Source: Candidatus Actinomarina sp. | GTDB lineage: Bacteria; Actinomycetota; Acidimicrobiia; Actinomarinales; Actinomarinaceae | DNA length: 64,000 nt | Direction: 5' to 3' | NCBI GenBank assembly: GCA_038147085.1 | Contig: JAYQSV010000001.1 | Coordinates: forward strand, 810,578 to 874,577 | Shown here: piece after piece, positions 43,625-52,230 of the stretch | How the letters are laid out: each line of letters starts with the position of its first letter | Numbering within the stretch: position 1 is the first letter of the stretch | Notes under the pieces: generated by a model | Databases searched by the model: none | Told to the model about the DNA's origin: nothing | Seen by the model: the letters and a program-made list of their open reading frames with translations, nothing else | Position numbers and translations under genes: made by a program

Positions 43625-44281
43625 TTACTTCCTGTATATATGCATTGTATCAGGTATATCTGTTATCACTCCAAATACACCAATTTCCATTAATCGTTCA
43701 AACTCTTTTTCATCATTGACTGTCCAAACTGCTGTTCTTTCTAACGGAAGTTCAAATATTCTTGCATCGAATAAGGATTTTTCAACCATAAAAAATAATT
43801 CAGGATCATGATTAGAAATTGCTTTAGCCTGAAACAGAGCTTCTTCATTATCAAGAATGATTCCATAATGACATGGAAATAAATTTTTAAACGAATTTAT
43901 CGCTTTACCGTTAAACGACGAAACAATATCACCAGGTTTTAAAATTGAGAGCATTTTTTGAAATACAATATCTATATTTGTTTCATCAAGTGAGTTCGTT
44001 TTAATTTCAAAGTTAACTTTTCCATTGAGCTGATCTCTAGAATGTAAAACAATATCATCAACATCATGTATAGCAAGTGATTCCATGACTTCTTCTAAAA
44101 ACATATCTTTGATTAATTTTCCATGAACATCTGGGTCATGTTGTAAAACAAGATAGTTATCTAACGTTATACGTACATCAGTCTCAACAAAGTCACAGTA
44201 CTCAAATGCTTTATTTAACCCCTCAATTGAGTTTTCTCTGTAAATTTTAGGTAAACCTCTATGTCCGAAAATATAGTGCAA
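43625..44281 (-). CDS. Glycerophosphodiester phosphodiesterase family protein
   Basis: GHRG...ENS...ETDV...LQHD motif series of the GDPD fold. Confidence 0.7.
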   Translation of the reverse strand: MHYIFGHRGLPKIYRENSIEGLNKAFEYCDFVETDVRITLDNYLVLQHDPDVHGKLIKDMFLEEVMESLAIHDVDDIVLHSRDQLNGKVNFEIKTNSLDETNIDIVFQKMLSILKPGDIVSSFNGKAINSFKNLFPCHYGIILDNEEALFQAKAISNHDPELFFMVEKSLFDARIFELPLERTAVWTVNDEKEFERLMEIGVFGVITDIPDTMHIYRK

Positions 44282-44318
44282 ATTATCTCCCTATAAATTT
44301 AAGTTTACTACAATAGAT

Positions 44319-44334
44319 TGTGAAATATTTCACA
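44319..44334 (+). promoter_or_regulatory. Perfect CRP/GlxR-type palindrome TGTGAAATATTTCACA upstream of whiB
   Basis: Exact TGTGA-N6-TCACA. The site ends 21 nt before ATG 44355 and 54 nt before the alternative ATG 44388. Confidence 0.55.
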
Positions 44335-44354
44335 AAGTAAGAAAGTTAGTGTAA

Positions 44355-44633
44355 ATGCTGAAATTTGATTTAGAACAAGAAAGTTGGATGCTAGAAGGTG
44401 CCTGTGTGTATGCAGATACTGATCTCTTCTTCCCTGTCGGATCATCTATGAAAGCAATGAAAAAAGCTAACGAGGCAAAAGCCATTTGTTCAGAATGCCC
44501 TGTAGTTACTGAATGTCTTGAATATGCAATACGCACTAATCAAGATTCAGGAATATGGGGCGGAACAACTGAAGAAGAGAGACTTTCTTTACGAAGAGTG
44601 TACAGAAAAACTGGCTTAGTCGTTAACTCCTAA
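44355..44633 (+). CDS. whiB: WhiB-family Fe-S transcription factor (WhiB1-like)
   Basis: Four Cys (C...C-x2-C-x5-C), DLFFPVG, and the QDSGIWGG turn followed by a basic tail. The true start may be ATG 44388 (MLEGAC...). Confidence 0.9.
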   Translation: MLKFDLEQESWMLEGACVYADTDLFFPVGSSMKAMKKANEAKAICSECPVVTECLEYAIRTNQDSGIWGGTTEEERLSLRRVYRKTGLVVNS

Positions 44634-44863
44634 GAGACTAAACCCGCTCCTCTCTTTGAATCTTTATCATTTGAAAATTCTACGGCTTGAATAAGAGAAA
44701 CATTAATTGCAACTTCTCCATCTTTATCACTATGAATATAAAATTCATTCGCTGCTGCTAAATCTTTTAATTCCTTTAAAAAACTATCTTTATCTTTTAT
44801 TTCAACATCAATAGCTGAAGTTGAACCTACCATATAAATTTTTGCTTTCACTTTTTCTGCCAT
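44630..44863 (-). CDS. Small conserved actinobacterial protein (DUF3107-like, tentative)
   Basis: 77 aa. The pattern of a beta-rich N-terminus and ...DKDGEVAINVSLIQAVEF... resembles DUF3107. Confidence 0.45.
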   Translation of the reverse strand: MAEKVKAKIYMVGSTSAIDVEIKDKDSFLKELKDLAAANEFYIHSDKDGEVAINVSLIQAVEFSNDKDSKRGAGLVS

Positions 44864-44871
44864 GGTTACTC

Positions 44872-45849
44872 CTAAAGTACGTTCTCACCCATAAAGAGAG
44901 CTGAGACTGAATCATCTGTAAATATTGATGTTAATGCATTTGCAATTATTCCGGCAACACTTAAGATTTCAACATTTCCTAATTTCTCTGCATTTCCATT
45001 TTGTTGTAAGGTATCAGTTACAACAATTTTATCGATTGGTGCATCTTTTAACTTTTCTACTGAACCTTCTGAGAAAACACCATGAGTTGATACAACATTA
45101 ACAGATTTCGCACCTCTCTCTTTTAAGATTCTAGAAGCAGCAGCTATCGTACCTCCAGTGTCAATAATGTCATCAATTAAGATTGCATGCCTATCTTCCA
45201 CTTCTCCAATAACAGTGAACGACCTTACTTCGTTATGGAGTTTTGGATCTCTTTTTTTATGAACAAATCCAACATAAGCTTCTAAGTGTTTTGCGAAAGT
45301 TGTTGCTCTCTTAACACCTCCTGCATCTGGAGAGATAATAGATATAGGTTCATCAAACTTTTCTTTAAAGTAGTTAACAAATAGTGGTAGTGCTGTTAAA
45401 TGATCAAATGGTCTATCAATAAATCCTTGGATCTGTTGAGTATGAAGATCAATGGAAACTAATCTATCAACACCTGCTGCCATAAATAAATCCCCAATAA
45501 GTCTGGCTGAAATTGGTTCACGAGGAAGAGCTTTCTTATCCTGTCTTGAATAAGGATAAAATGGAAGTACTGCAGTTATTCGTTTAGCAGAAGCTCTTTT
45601 TAATGCGTCAACGATTAATAGTTGCTCCATAATGGTTTTATTTAGGTCACCAGAATGACTTTGCATGACAAAACAATCGCCACCTCTAACACTTTCACCT
45701 AATCGAACATAGATTTCACCGCTAGCAAATTCTTTTGTTTCAATTTTGGATAAGCTAGTTCCTAAATGTGAAGCAACTTTATTGGCAAGATCAACATTGG
45801 ATGACCCTGAAAATAGAAGCATCTTCTTTTTACCAGGTTGCTCAATCAT
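44872..45849 (-). CDS. prs: Ribose-phosphate pyrophosphokinase
   Basis: PRPP-binding loop AILIDDIIDTGGT and a typical Prs N-terminal domain. Confidence 0.97.
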   Translation of the reverse strand: MIEQPGKKKMLLFSGSSNVDLANKVASHLGTSLSKIETKEFASGEIYVRLGESVRGGDCFVMQSHSGDLNKTIMEQLLIVDALKRASAKRITAVLPFYPYSRQDKKALPREPISARLIGDLFMAAGVDRLVSIDLHTQQIQGFIDRPFDHLTALPLFVNYFKEKFDEPISIISPDAGGVKRATTFAKHLEAYVGFVHKKRDPKLHNEVRSFTVIGEVEDRHAILIDDIIDTGGTIAAASRILKERGAKSVNVVSTHGVFSEGSVEKLKDAPIDKIVVTDTLQQNGNAEKLGNVEILSVAGIIANALTSIFTDDSVSALFMGENVL

Positions 45850-47207
45850 TTCCTTTTTTTCCTATCCATATAGCCTTCTATATTTTTCTGATTGTTTCTT
45901 TCAATAGCTAAAGCTTTCTCAGGCACATCTTTGGTTATTACAGAACCTGCGCCAATCATTGCATCCTTACCAATTACTACTGGTGCAACTAACATAACGT
46001 CAGAACCAATAAATGCTCCGTCCTCAATTTTTGTCTGATGTTTGTTGGCACCATCATAATTAACTGTTATTGCTCCAGCTGAAAAATTTACATTTTCACC
46101 TAACTCAGCATCACCAACATAAGCTAAATGTGGGACTTTGCTACCAGGACCAATTTTCGAATTTTTTGTTTCAGTAAATGCTCCAACTTTTACATTTTCA
46201 GATAAGTCAGAGCCGGGGCGTAAGTGTGCAAACGGTCCAATGGAGCCATTAGCTTGTACTGTTGATTTATCAACTACAGAGTTAAACACAGTCGTATTGT
46301 TACCAATTTTTGAATCACTAATTTGAGCATTAGGACCAATAGTGCAATTTTCTCCAATAGAGGTATCCCCTTTTAGATGCGTATTGGCAAAAATCTTAGA
46401 ACCACTTTCTATTGTTACAGACTCATCTAAATATGTAGTTGCTGGATCTTGAAAGTAAACACCATTGTCCATGAATTGTTGAATTAACTTCTTTTGTAAG
46501 TTGTCTTCAACTTCATTTAGTTGGCTCATAGAATTTATTCCCTGTATTGAATGTTCTTCTACCTGTACTATAACCATATCTAATTTTTGATTATTTGCAA
46601 TACCTATTAAATCTGTCAAATATATTTCACCTTGAGCATTTGCATTTGATAATTGATTGATATTAGATTGCAAAAAATCTGCATTAAAACAATATATTCC
46701 TGAGTTAATTTCATTTATTTTTCTTTGTTCATCACTACAATCTTTTTCTTCGACGATGCTAATAGATTCACCATTTCTGACAACTCTTCCATATCCAAAA
46801 GGATTAGTTGAAACTGATGAAAAAAACCCTAGTGATGCATTTTTGTTTTTTACTTCATTAATTAGTTGATGTAATGAATCTTTATTGATCAGTGGTACGT
46901 CACCAGGAATAACTACAACATATTCATGCTTAAACTGATTGAAACTTACATCCTCAAGAACAGTAGCAACGGCATGTCCAGTACCGTTCTGTGTACTTTG
47001 TAAAATTGGAGTTATACCTTCAGCAAGTTCTTTTGAAACTAAATCTGCTTCATGTCCAACTACAACATATTTGTGTTCAAAGTCACTTATTACATCGGTT
47101 GCATAATGAATTAATTTTTTTCCTAAAACGGAGTGCAAAACTTTAGGTAATTCAGACTTCATACGAGTCCCTTTACCAGCTGCTAATACTATCCCTGCTA
47201 TATTCAT
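45846..47207 (-). CDS. glmU: Bifunctional GlcNAc-1-P uridyltransferase / GlcN-1-P acetyltransferase
   Basis: LAAGKGTRMKS motif and a C-terminal left-handed beta-helix hexapeptide repeat region. Confidence 0.95.
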   Translation of the reverse strand: MNIAGIVLAAGKGTRMKSELPKVLHSVLGKKLIHYATDVISDFEHKYVVVGHEADLVSKELAEGITPILQSTQNGTGHAVATVLEDVSFNQFKHEYVVVIPGDVPLINKDSLHQLINEVKNKNASLGFFSSVSTNPFGYGRVVRNGESISIVEEKDCSDEQRKINEINSGIYCFNADFLQSNINQLSNANAQGEIYLTDLIGIANNQKLDMVIVQVEEHSIQGINSMSQLNEVEDNLQKKLIQQFMDNGVYFQDPATTYLDESVTIESGSKIFANTHLKGDTSIGENCTIGPNAQISDSKIGNNTTVFNSVVDKSTVQANGSIGPFAHLRPGSDLSENVKVGAFTETKNSKIGPGSKVPHLAYVGDAELGENVNFSAGAITVNYDGANKHQTKIEDGAFIGSDVMLVAPVVIGKDAMIGAGSVITKDVPEKALAIERNNQKNIEGYMDRKKRK

Positions 47208-47221
47208 TAATTATTATTTAG

Positions 47222-47293
47222 CTGGGGGAGAAGGACTCGAACCCTCAACGATGGGACCAAAACCCATTGTGTTGCCAATTACACCATCCCCCA
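47222..47293 (-). tRNA. tRNA-Gln (anticodon UUG), 72 nt, CCA not encoded
   Basis: Hand-folded cloverleaf. Acceptor TGGGGGA/TCCCCCA. D arm GTGT-AATTGGCA-ACAC. Anticodon arm ATGGG-TTTTGGT-CCCAT. T arm GAGGG-TTCGAGT-CCTTC. Discriminator G. Confidence 0.9.
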
Positions 47294-47311
47294 AAGGTTT
47301 GTTTTATTATT

Positions 47312-48139
47312 CTAATCACCTATTTGAGACAAGCTACACTCTATTTTTTTGCAAACTTTAAAAAATCTTAAATCATTATTTGAATAATTTGTAAAATTAT
47401 TTTCTGCTTTAGAGTCAAAAAGAGAAAATAAAGTTGGACCACTTCCAGACATAAAAAACTTACTTTGAAAAACATTTTCTAGTTCATTTTTAGTTTTCAT
47501 TAGATCCTCGGAGAGATACGAGCTGGCATCCCATAGGTCATTAAATATCTCAATATTATTGAATTCATGTTTTTGGGTTGATTTCGTTTCTAATTCATCA
47601 AATTTATTGAAAACCGCACCCGTGCTTAATTGAATTCTTGGAACCGCTAGTATAACTTCAACATTATTTAGAGCTTCTGAATTAAAAGGCAATAATACGT
47701 CGCCAATCCCCTGCACTTTTGATGATGTACCGTTGTAAAAAAAAGGAACATCACTACCAACCTCTGTTGCAATTTCAAGCATACTTGGTTCTTCTAGATG
47801 ATATGTATCAACTAAATACTTTAATATTGCCCCACCATCTGAGCTACCTCCACCAAGCCCAGATTGAAGTGGAATATTTTTTTCTACAGAGATTACAAAT
47901 TGTTCTTTAAAATTTGAATTTACTTTTCTCAATAAAGCTAAAGCTTTGTGCACTGTCGTGTATTCATTATTCAACTGATCAATCGAAAAATGAATTTTAT
48001 CCTCTTCTGCTTCATTGATGGTTATTTCATCGTAAATGTCAATTGGAATCATGTCTGAATCAAGAAAATGTAATCCAGATTTTTGTTGTTCTGAAACTTT
48101 TAAATTTAAATTAATTTTTGCAGACGTTAATAATCTCAT
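47312..48139 (-). CDS. ispE: 4-diphosphocytidyl-2-C-methyl-D-erythritol kinase
   Basis: AKINLNLKV start and the GHMP kinase motif LQSGLGGGSSDG. Confidence 0.85.
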   Translation of the reverse strand: MRLLTSAKINLNLKVSEQQKSGLHFLDSDMIPIDIYDEITINEAEEDKIHFSIDQLNNEYTTVHKALALLRKVNSNFKEQFVISVEKNIPLQSGLGGGSSDGGAILKYLVDTYHLEEPSMLEIATEVGSDVPFFYNGTSSKVQGIGDVLLPFNSEALNNVEVILAVPRIQLSTGAVFNKFDELETKSTQKHEFNNIEIFNDLWDASSYLSEDLMKTKNELENVFQSKFFMSGSGPTLFSLFDSKAENNFTNYSNNDLRFFKVCKKIECSLSQIGD

Positions 48140-48927
48140 TTTAAAGCTTCAGCTATCTTCAAATACTGTTGAGGTGTTACGGAATCAGCTCGTAGATTTG
48201 AATCAATATCAAGTTCTTCTAATTCAATTTCTGAAATGATAGAACTTAGTGAGGTTCTTATCTTTTTTCTTTTTTGCTGAAAAGCAGTTTTTGAAATCTC
48301 AAAAGCTTGTAATCTCAAATCTTCATCTAATAACCTCTCTCGTTGAATAGTTACAACTGAAGAAGTTACTTTGGGTTTAGGGTGAAAACAATTCTTAGAG
48401 ACATCAAATTGAATTTTTGCTTTGGTCATTAAAGAAATTAAAACTGACAAAGATCCATAGTCTTTACTTCCTGGTTGTGCCACAATTCGCTCAGCTACTT
48501 CTTTTTGAACCATAATGACGTATCGATGAATAACTGGTACTTCAATGATTAACTTAACTAATAATCGGGTTCCGATATTGTATGGAAGATTGGAAACTAA
48601 AATCCACCACGGACCTCTAAGTTGAGAGTAGTCAAACTCCATCGCATCCTCATTAAAGATTTCAAGATTTGGAATAGTTGAAAAACGCTCTCCAAGTAAA
48701 GTTGCTAATTGAGAATCGAGTTCTACAGCTTTAATTCTGTAACTATCTTTTAATAACTCATTTGTTAGGGAACCCGTACCTGGTCCTATTTCAATTATCG
48801 GATCAGCTAATTGACCTTGTACTAATTTTGTAATTTTCCTTGAAATATTTGTATCTATTAAGAAATTTTGTCCAAGTTTATATTTTGGTTTAGAAGCTAA
48901 CTTTTCAATCCAGAAATATTCACTCAT
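48136..48927 (-). CDS. rsmA: 16S rRNA (adenine1518/1519-N6)-dimethyltransferase
   Basis: LGQNFLID, EIGPGTGSLT and NLPYNI motifs. Confidence 0.92.
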   Translation of the reverse strand: MSEYFWIEKLASKPKYKLGQNFLIDTNISRKITKLVQGQLADPIIEIGPGTGSLTNELLKDSYRIKAVELDSQLATLLGERFSTIPNLEIFNEDAMEFDYSQLRGPWWILVSNLPYNIGTRLLVKLIIEVPVIHRYVIMVQKEVAERIVAQPGSKDYGSLSVLISLMTKAKIQFDVSKNCFHPKPKVTSSVVTIQRERLLDEDLRLQAFEISKTAFQQKRKKIRTSLSSIISEIELEELDIDSNLRADSVTPQQYLKIAEALK

Positions 48928-49695
48928 TTACTTCTCCATTAATTTATTTGTGTTTGCAATTGTAATATCAGATAACTCTTTAGGGGAAATTGAAAGTAGT
49001 TCTGAAAGTCTTTTTGCTGTATACATAATATTTGAAGGAATATTTTTCTTTCCTTTGTATGGTTCAGGTGTTAGGTATGGTACATCAGTTTCAAGAAGTA
49101 ACCTATCAGTTGGAATGTGTTGTACGCTTTGGTGTAAGTCATGTGCTGTTGTGTACGTAACTATCCCTGAAATAGAAAAATATACATCTAACTCAACAAA
49201 CTTCTTGGTCCAATTATTACCTCCTGTCCAAGAGTGCAAAATTATTTTATTAAAATATTTTGAACTAGAGAGTAAGTCATACATATCTGAAAAACTATCT
49301 CTGCAGTGTAAAATTATAGGTTTATTCATTTCATTGGCAATTTGTAGATGAAATTCTAAACTTTCAATTTGTTGTTCTCTAGGAGATAAATTCCTGTAAT
49401 AATCTAAGCCAGTTTCGCCAATTAAATCTGCTTCCTCCATTAATTGTGATAATTCATCCTTTATTTCATGAAAAGTGTCTGCTTCGTGTGGGTGTAATCC
49501 TGCAGACCAAAATGCATGCTTATGAATTTGTTGGCTCATTTGTTTTGCACGTTGGGATGAATCAATATCAACACCAGGAATGATGAGATATTCTAAATTA
49601 AATATATCTTCTTCTTTAAAGTCGTTACCCATTAGTTGGATATGGCAGTGTGTATCTACCCACTTCAAATCCTCTAAACTCTCGTTATTATTCAC
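48928..49695 (-). CDS. tatD: TatD-family metal-dependent hydrolase
   Basis: DTHCH start motif, later IGETGLDY and ETDVPYL motifs. Confidence 0.9.
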   Translation of the reverse strand: MNNNESLEDLKWVDTHCHIQLMGNDFKEEDIFNLEYLIIPGVDIDSSQRAKQMSQQIHKHAFWSAGLHPHEADTFHEIKDELSQLMEEADLIGETGLDYYRNLSPREQQIESLEFHLQIANEMNKPIILHCRDSFSDMYDLLSSSKYFNKIILHSWTGGNNWTKKFVELDVYFSISGIVTYTTAHDLHQSVQHIPTDRLLLETDVPYLTPEPYKGKKNIPSNIMYTAKRLSELLSISPKELSDITIANTNKLMEK

Positions 49696-49725
49696 TACTA
49701 TATAAGCATAGGATTAAATGGAAGT

Positions 49726-49965
49726 ATGAGTAAAGGCAACAAAAGTAAAATTGATAATCTTGGAAGAGTTGTCATACCAAAATCTATTCGAAAAGCACTT
49801 GGCATCGAACAAAATGATGAAATATCTATGTATGTTGAAGATAATAAATTAATTATTTCAAAAGGTTTTAAATCTTGTTCAATATGTGGGAACACTGAAG
49901 TGAACTACCAATTAAATGATAAATTACTTTGTAAAAGTTGTGTTGAAGGAATTAAAGGCCTTTAA
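49726..49965 (+). CDS. AbrB/MazE/SpoVT-type swapped-hairpin DNA-binding domain fused to a C-terminal CxxC...CxxC zinc ribbon
   Basis: LGRVVIPKSIRKALGI core, then CSICGN...CKSC. There is no adjacent toxin-like gene. The 3' end overlaps the rsmI 3' end by 14 nt (convergent). Confidence 0.7.
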   Translation: MSKGNKSKIDNLGRVVIPKSIRKALGIEQNDEISMYVEDNKLIISKGFKSCSICGNTEVNYQLNDKLLCKSCVEGIKGL

Positions 49966-50767
49966 CTGAATCATATATTTCATTAACAGAACGATCAGTT
50001 AACAAAGAAATAACCTTTGCAATATCTTTTTTGGATACTTCATTTTTTAATAATATTTCAATTGCAGAACTCACATCTACAGAATTACGAGACTTTGAAT
50101 TAACTTTAGAAATAACAAGAGTAATCTCTCCTTTTAAAGTTTTTCCTTCTAATTCCTTAAGTAATTGTCTTGGAGTGCCTCTATAAATTGTTTCAAATTT
50201 TTTAGTCAATTCTCTACATACTGCAATTTCAACGTCTATAGAATTTTCAACAAAGTATTCCAAATTTTTCAAAACTCTATTGGGAGATGTGAAACAAACA
50301 GTTGTCATTTCATTGTTTAAAATCTTATTAAAAAAGTCTTGCTTTTCCTTTCCTGATTTTGGTATAAATCCTAAAAATTGAAAATTCTTTGTATCCATCC
50401 CTGAGAGCGTTAATGCGAGAATTACGCTCGAAGGTCCAGGTATAGACTCTATCTCAAAATTATTTTCAATTACCTTTTTAAGAAGTTCTTCACCAGGATC
50501 AGATATAAGTGGAGTTCCAGCATCAGATAATAAAGCAACTTTCATACCTTGTTCTAAATGTGAAAGAATTTCATTAATCTTTAATTGTTCATTACCTAAA
50601 AAATATGATTTAGTTTCCTTCTTAATGTTTAATGAATTTAATAAAACTCCAGTTCTTCTTGTGTCTTCACAATATATAAAATCAACTACTTTTAATGTCT
50701 CGACTAATCTCTGAGAAACATCTGAAAGATTACCTATTGGTGTGGCGCAGATAAAAAACTGAGCCAT
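49952..50767 (-). CDS. rsmI: 16S rRNA (cytidine1402-2'-O)-methyltransferase
   Basis: ATPIGNLSD and CEDTR motifs of the tetrapyrrole-methylase-fold RsmI. Confidence 0.9.
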   Translation of the reverse strand: MAQFFICATPIGNLSDVSQRLVETLKVVDFIYCEDTRRTGVLLNSLNIKKETKSYFLGNEQLKINEILSHLEQGMKVALLSDAGTPLISDPGEELLKKVIENNFEIESIPGPSSVILALTLSGMDTKNFQFLGFIPKSGKEKQDFFNKILNNEMTTVCFTSPNRVLKNLEYFVENSIDVEIAVCRELTKKFETIYRGTPRQLLKELEGKTLKGEITLVISKVNSKSRNSVDVSSAIEILLKNEVSKKDIAKVISLLTDRSVNEIYDSVKGL

Positions 50768-50771
50768 GATC

Positions 50772-52175
50772 TTAGTAGCTATTTAAATTATTTGCTTGTG
50801 ATTCGATTATTGATATATCCTGTGATAAGAATAATCTGACAAATGACCCATCAGTAGAGATCCAAACATTTGTCTTGCCTTTGTAGAGTTTTCCTCCACT
50901 AAAATCTACAACTTCATCAAATCTATCTTGAACATTTGCCCAATGAATATAGGCATCATATATTTCTTTTAAGTCCTGAGCTGTATCACCAGAAATTTTT
51001 ACAGACATTACTAGATTTCCATTTGAATCAACATAATCTTTCCATGAGCCACCGCCAAGTCCAACAGCAGCAGTTGTCGATTCCACTCTGCCAATGAAAT
51101 CTTGAAGTACATAAACAATATCTAAAGAACCTAAAGTTCCCTCATCAATTAATTGATAGTTTTCAATTTCCAAAGTTGTTATTGATACGTCATCATATCT
51201 TTCATTGGTAAAGAATTTTGCACTATCGTAAACTTGTTCAGAAGTTGGCAAAGAATCAAGTCCTTCATTTTTATATCTATAAAGGGCTTCATTTAAACCT
51301 GTCATTTTATCTTTGTTTAAAATTTCTCTAACTAATTGAGGACCAAATGAGTAGTACAAATCATTTGGTATATAAAAATAACCTGGAAGCTGAACTCTAC
51401 AAGATATATTTGGAACTTGAGAGTTCATTGCTGTTCTATCATAGTTATCTAACCCATCCTCCCACTTAATTTGAACATAATCAGCTTGTGCTTCCATCAA
51501 TGCACGAATACCAGGATAAGCTGAAAAATCATCTAATTCTTTCATCTCTTGATACCATTCTGAAACTTGGAAATGTTGACCTTGTAATGAGTGGGTTAAC
51601 TCATGAACAATAACACTTTGCTCCCAAAGATTTAGTTTGTCTTGTCCCTTTTTAATTGGCACTCTTAAAATTTTGTCTAATAAATTATATGAACCAGCTG
51701 AAGCACAACGTTGAAACTCTGTGATTAGATTCTTCATTTGATCAGGTGTTGCGGTTGTTAAACCCCACATGTTTTCAGAAAGAACAGCTCTCTCCCATTC
51801 TCCTTCTTCGTAGTCTTCTTCAAAATCATCTAAATATGAAACTGCATTGTATTCTTGATAGCCATTGACTGTATATAAATTAAATAAAGGAAATTCGGTA
51901 AACTCTAAACCTACTCTTCTCTCTACGAAAGACATCAATTCCTCAAACTGAGCTTTCATATTTGGAGACATTTCCAATAGTTCAATACCAAATTCATCAA
52001 CAGCCCATGGTTCCTCAATATAAACTGTTGTAGTAGTAGTTGTTGTTGTAGTTGTTGCTTCAGTAGTGCTAGTAGTAGATGTATCAATAGATTCTGAAGA
52101 GACATTTGTATCATCTGTTGCAGAAGAACAACTAACTAATAAAATTGCTAATAAGGTAACTAAAAATTTTTTCAT
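50772..52175 (-). CDS. Secreted lipoprotein with a poly-Thr linker and an HExxH motif (putative zinc metallopeptidase, family unknown)
   Basis: Start chosen at MKKFLVTLLAILLVSCSS (lipobox). Followed by TSTTSTTEATTTTTTTTTTV and VIVHELTHSLQ. The track ORF extends 93 codons further upstream across the divergent mscL start and is probably artefactual. Confidence 0.65.
   Translation of the reverse strand: MKKFLVTLLAILLVSCSSATDDTNVSSESIDTSTTSTTEATTTTTTTTTTVYIEEPWAVDEFGIELLEMSPNMKAQFEELMSFVERRVGLEFTEFPLFNLYTVNGYQEYNAVSYLDDFEEDYEEGEWERAVLSENMWGLTTATPDQMKNLITEFQRCASAGSYNLLDKILRVPIKKGQDKLNLWEQSVIVHELTHSLQGQHFQVSEWYQEMKELDDFSAYPGIRALMEAQADYVQIKWEDGLDNYDRTAMNSQVPNISCRVQLPGYFYIPNDLYYSFGPQLVREILNKDKMTGLNEALYRYKNEGLDSLPTSEQVYDSAKFFTNERYDDVSITTLEIENYQLIDEGTLGSLDIVYVLQDFIGRVESTTAAVGLGGGSWKDYVDSNGNLVMSVKISGDTAQDLKEIYDAYIHWANVQDRFDEVVDFSGGKLYKGKTNVWISTDGSFVRLFLSQDISIIESQANNLNSY
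52027..52083 (-). repeat. Imperfect trinucleotide (ACN)n tract encoding the Ser/Thr linker
   Basis: The plus strand reads gttgtagtagtagttgttgttgtagttgttgcttcagtagtgctagtagtagatgta. Confidence 0.6.
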
Positions 52176-52230
52176 AGATATTAGATTAACTGTAATCTTA
52201 AATTTTGAAAAATTATGAATTGGAGGAAAA

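Noticed and set aside
44330-44536. 68-aa minus-strand ORF overlapping whiB, and the 65-aa minus-strand ORF 49698-49895 overlapping the AbrB-like gene.
   Set aside because: The plus-strand products have unmistakable family motifs (the WhiB Cys cluster, the AbrB swapped-hairpin core). The antisense translations have none.
47208-47311. Possible integrated element at tRNA-Gln, and likewise at the tmRNA 3' end (55584-55590).
   Set aside because: Both RNA genes are flanked within 3-18 nt by conserved housekeeping genes (glmU, ispE, lhgO). No integrase or repeated 3'-end fragment is visible, and tRNA-Gln upstream of glmU is a conserved actinobacterial arrangement.
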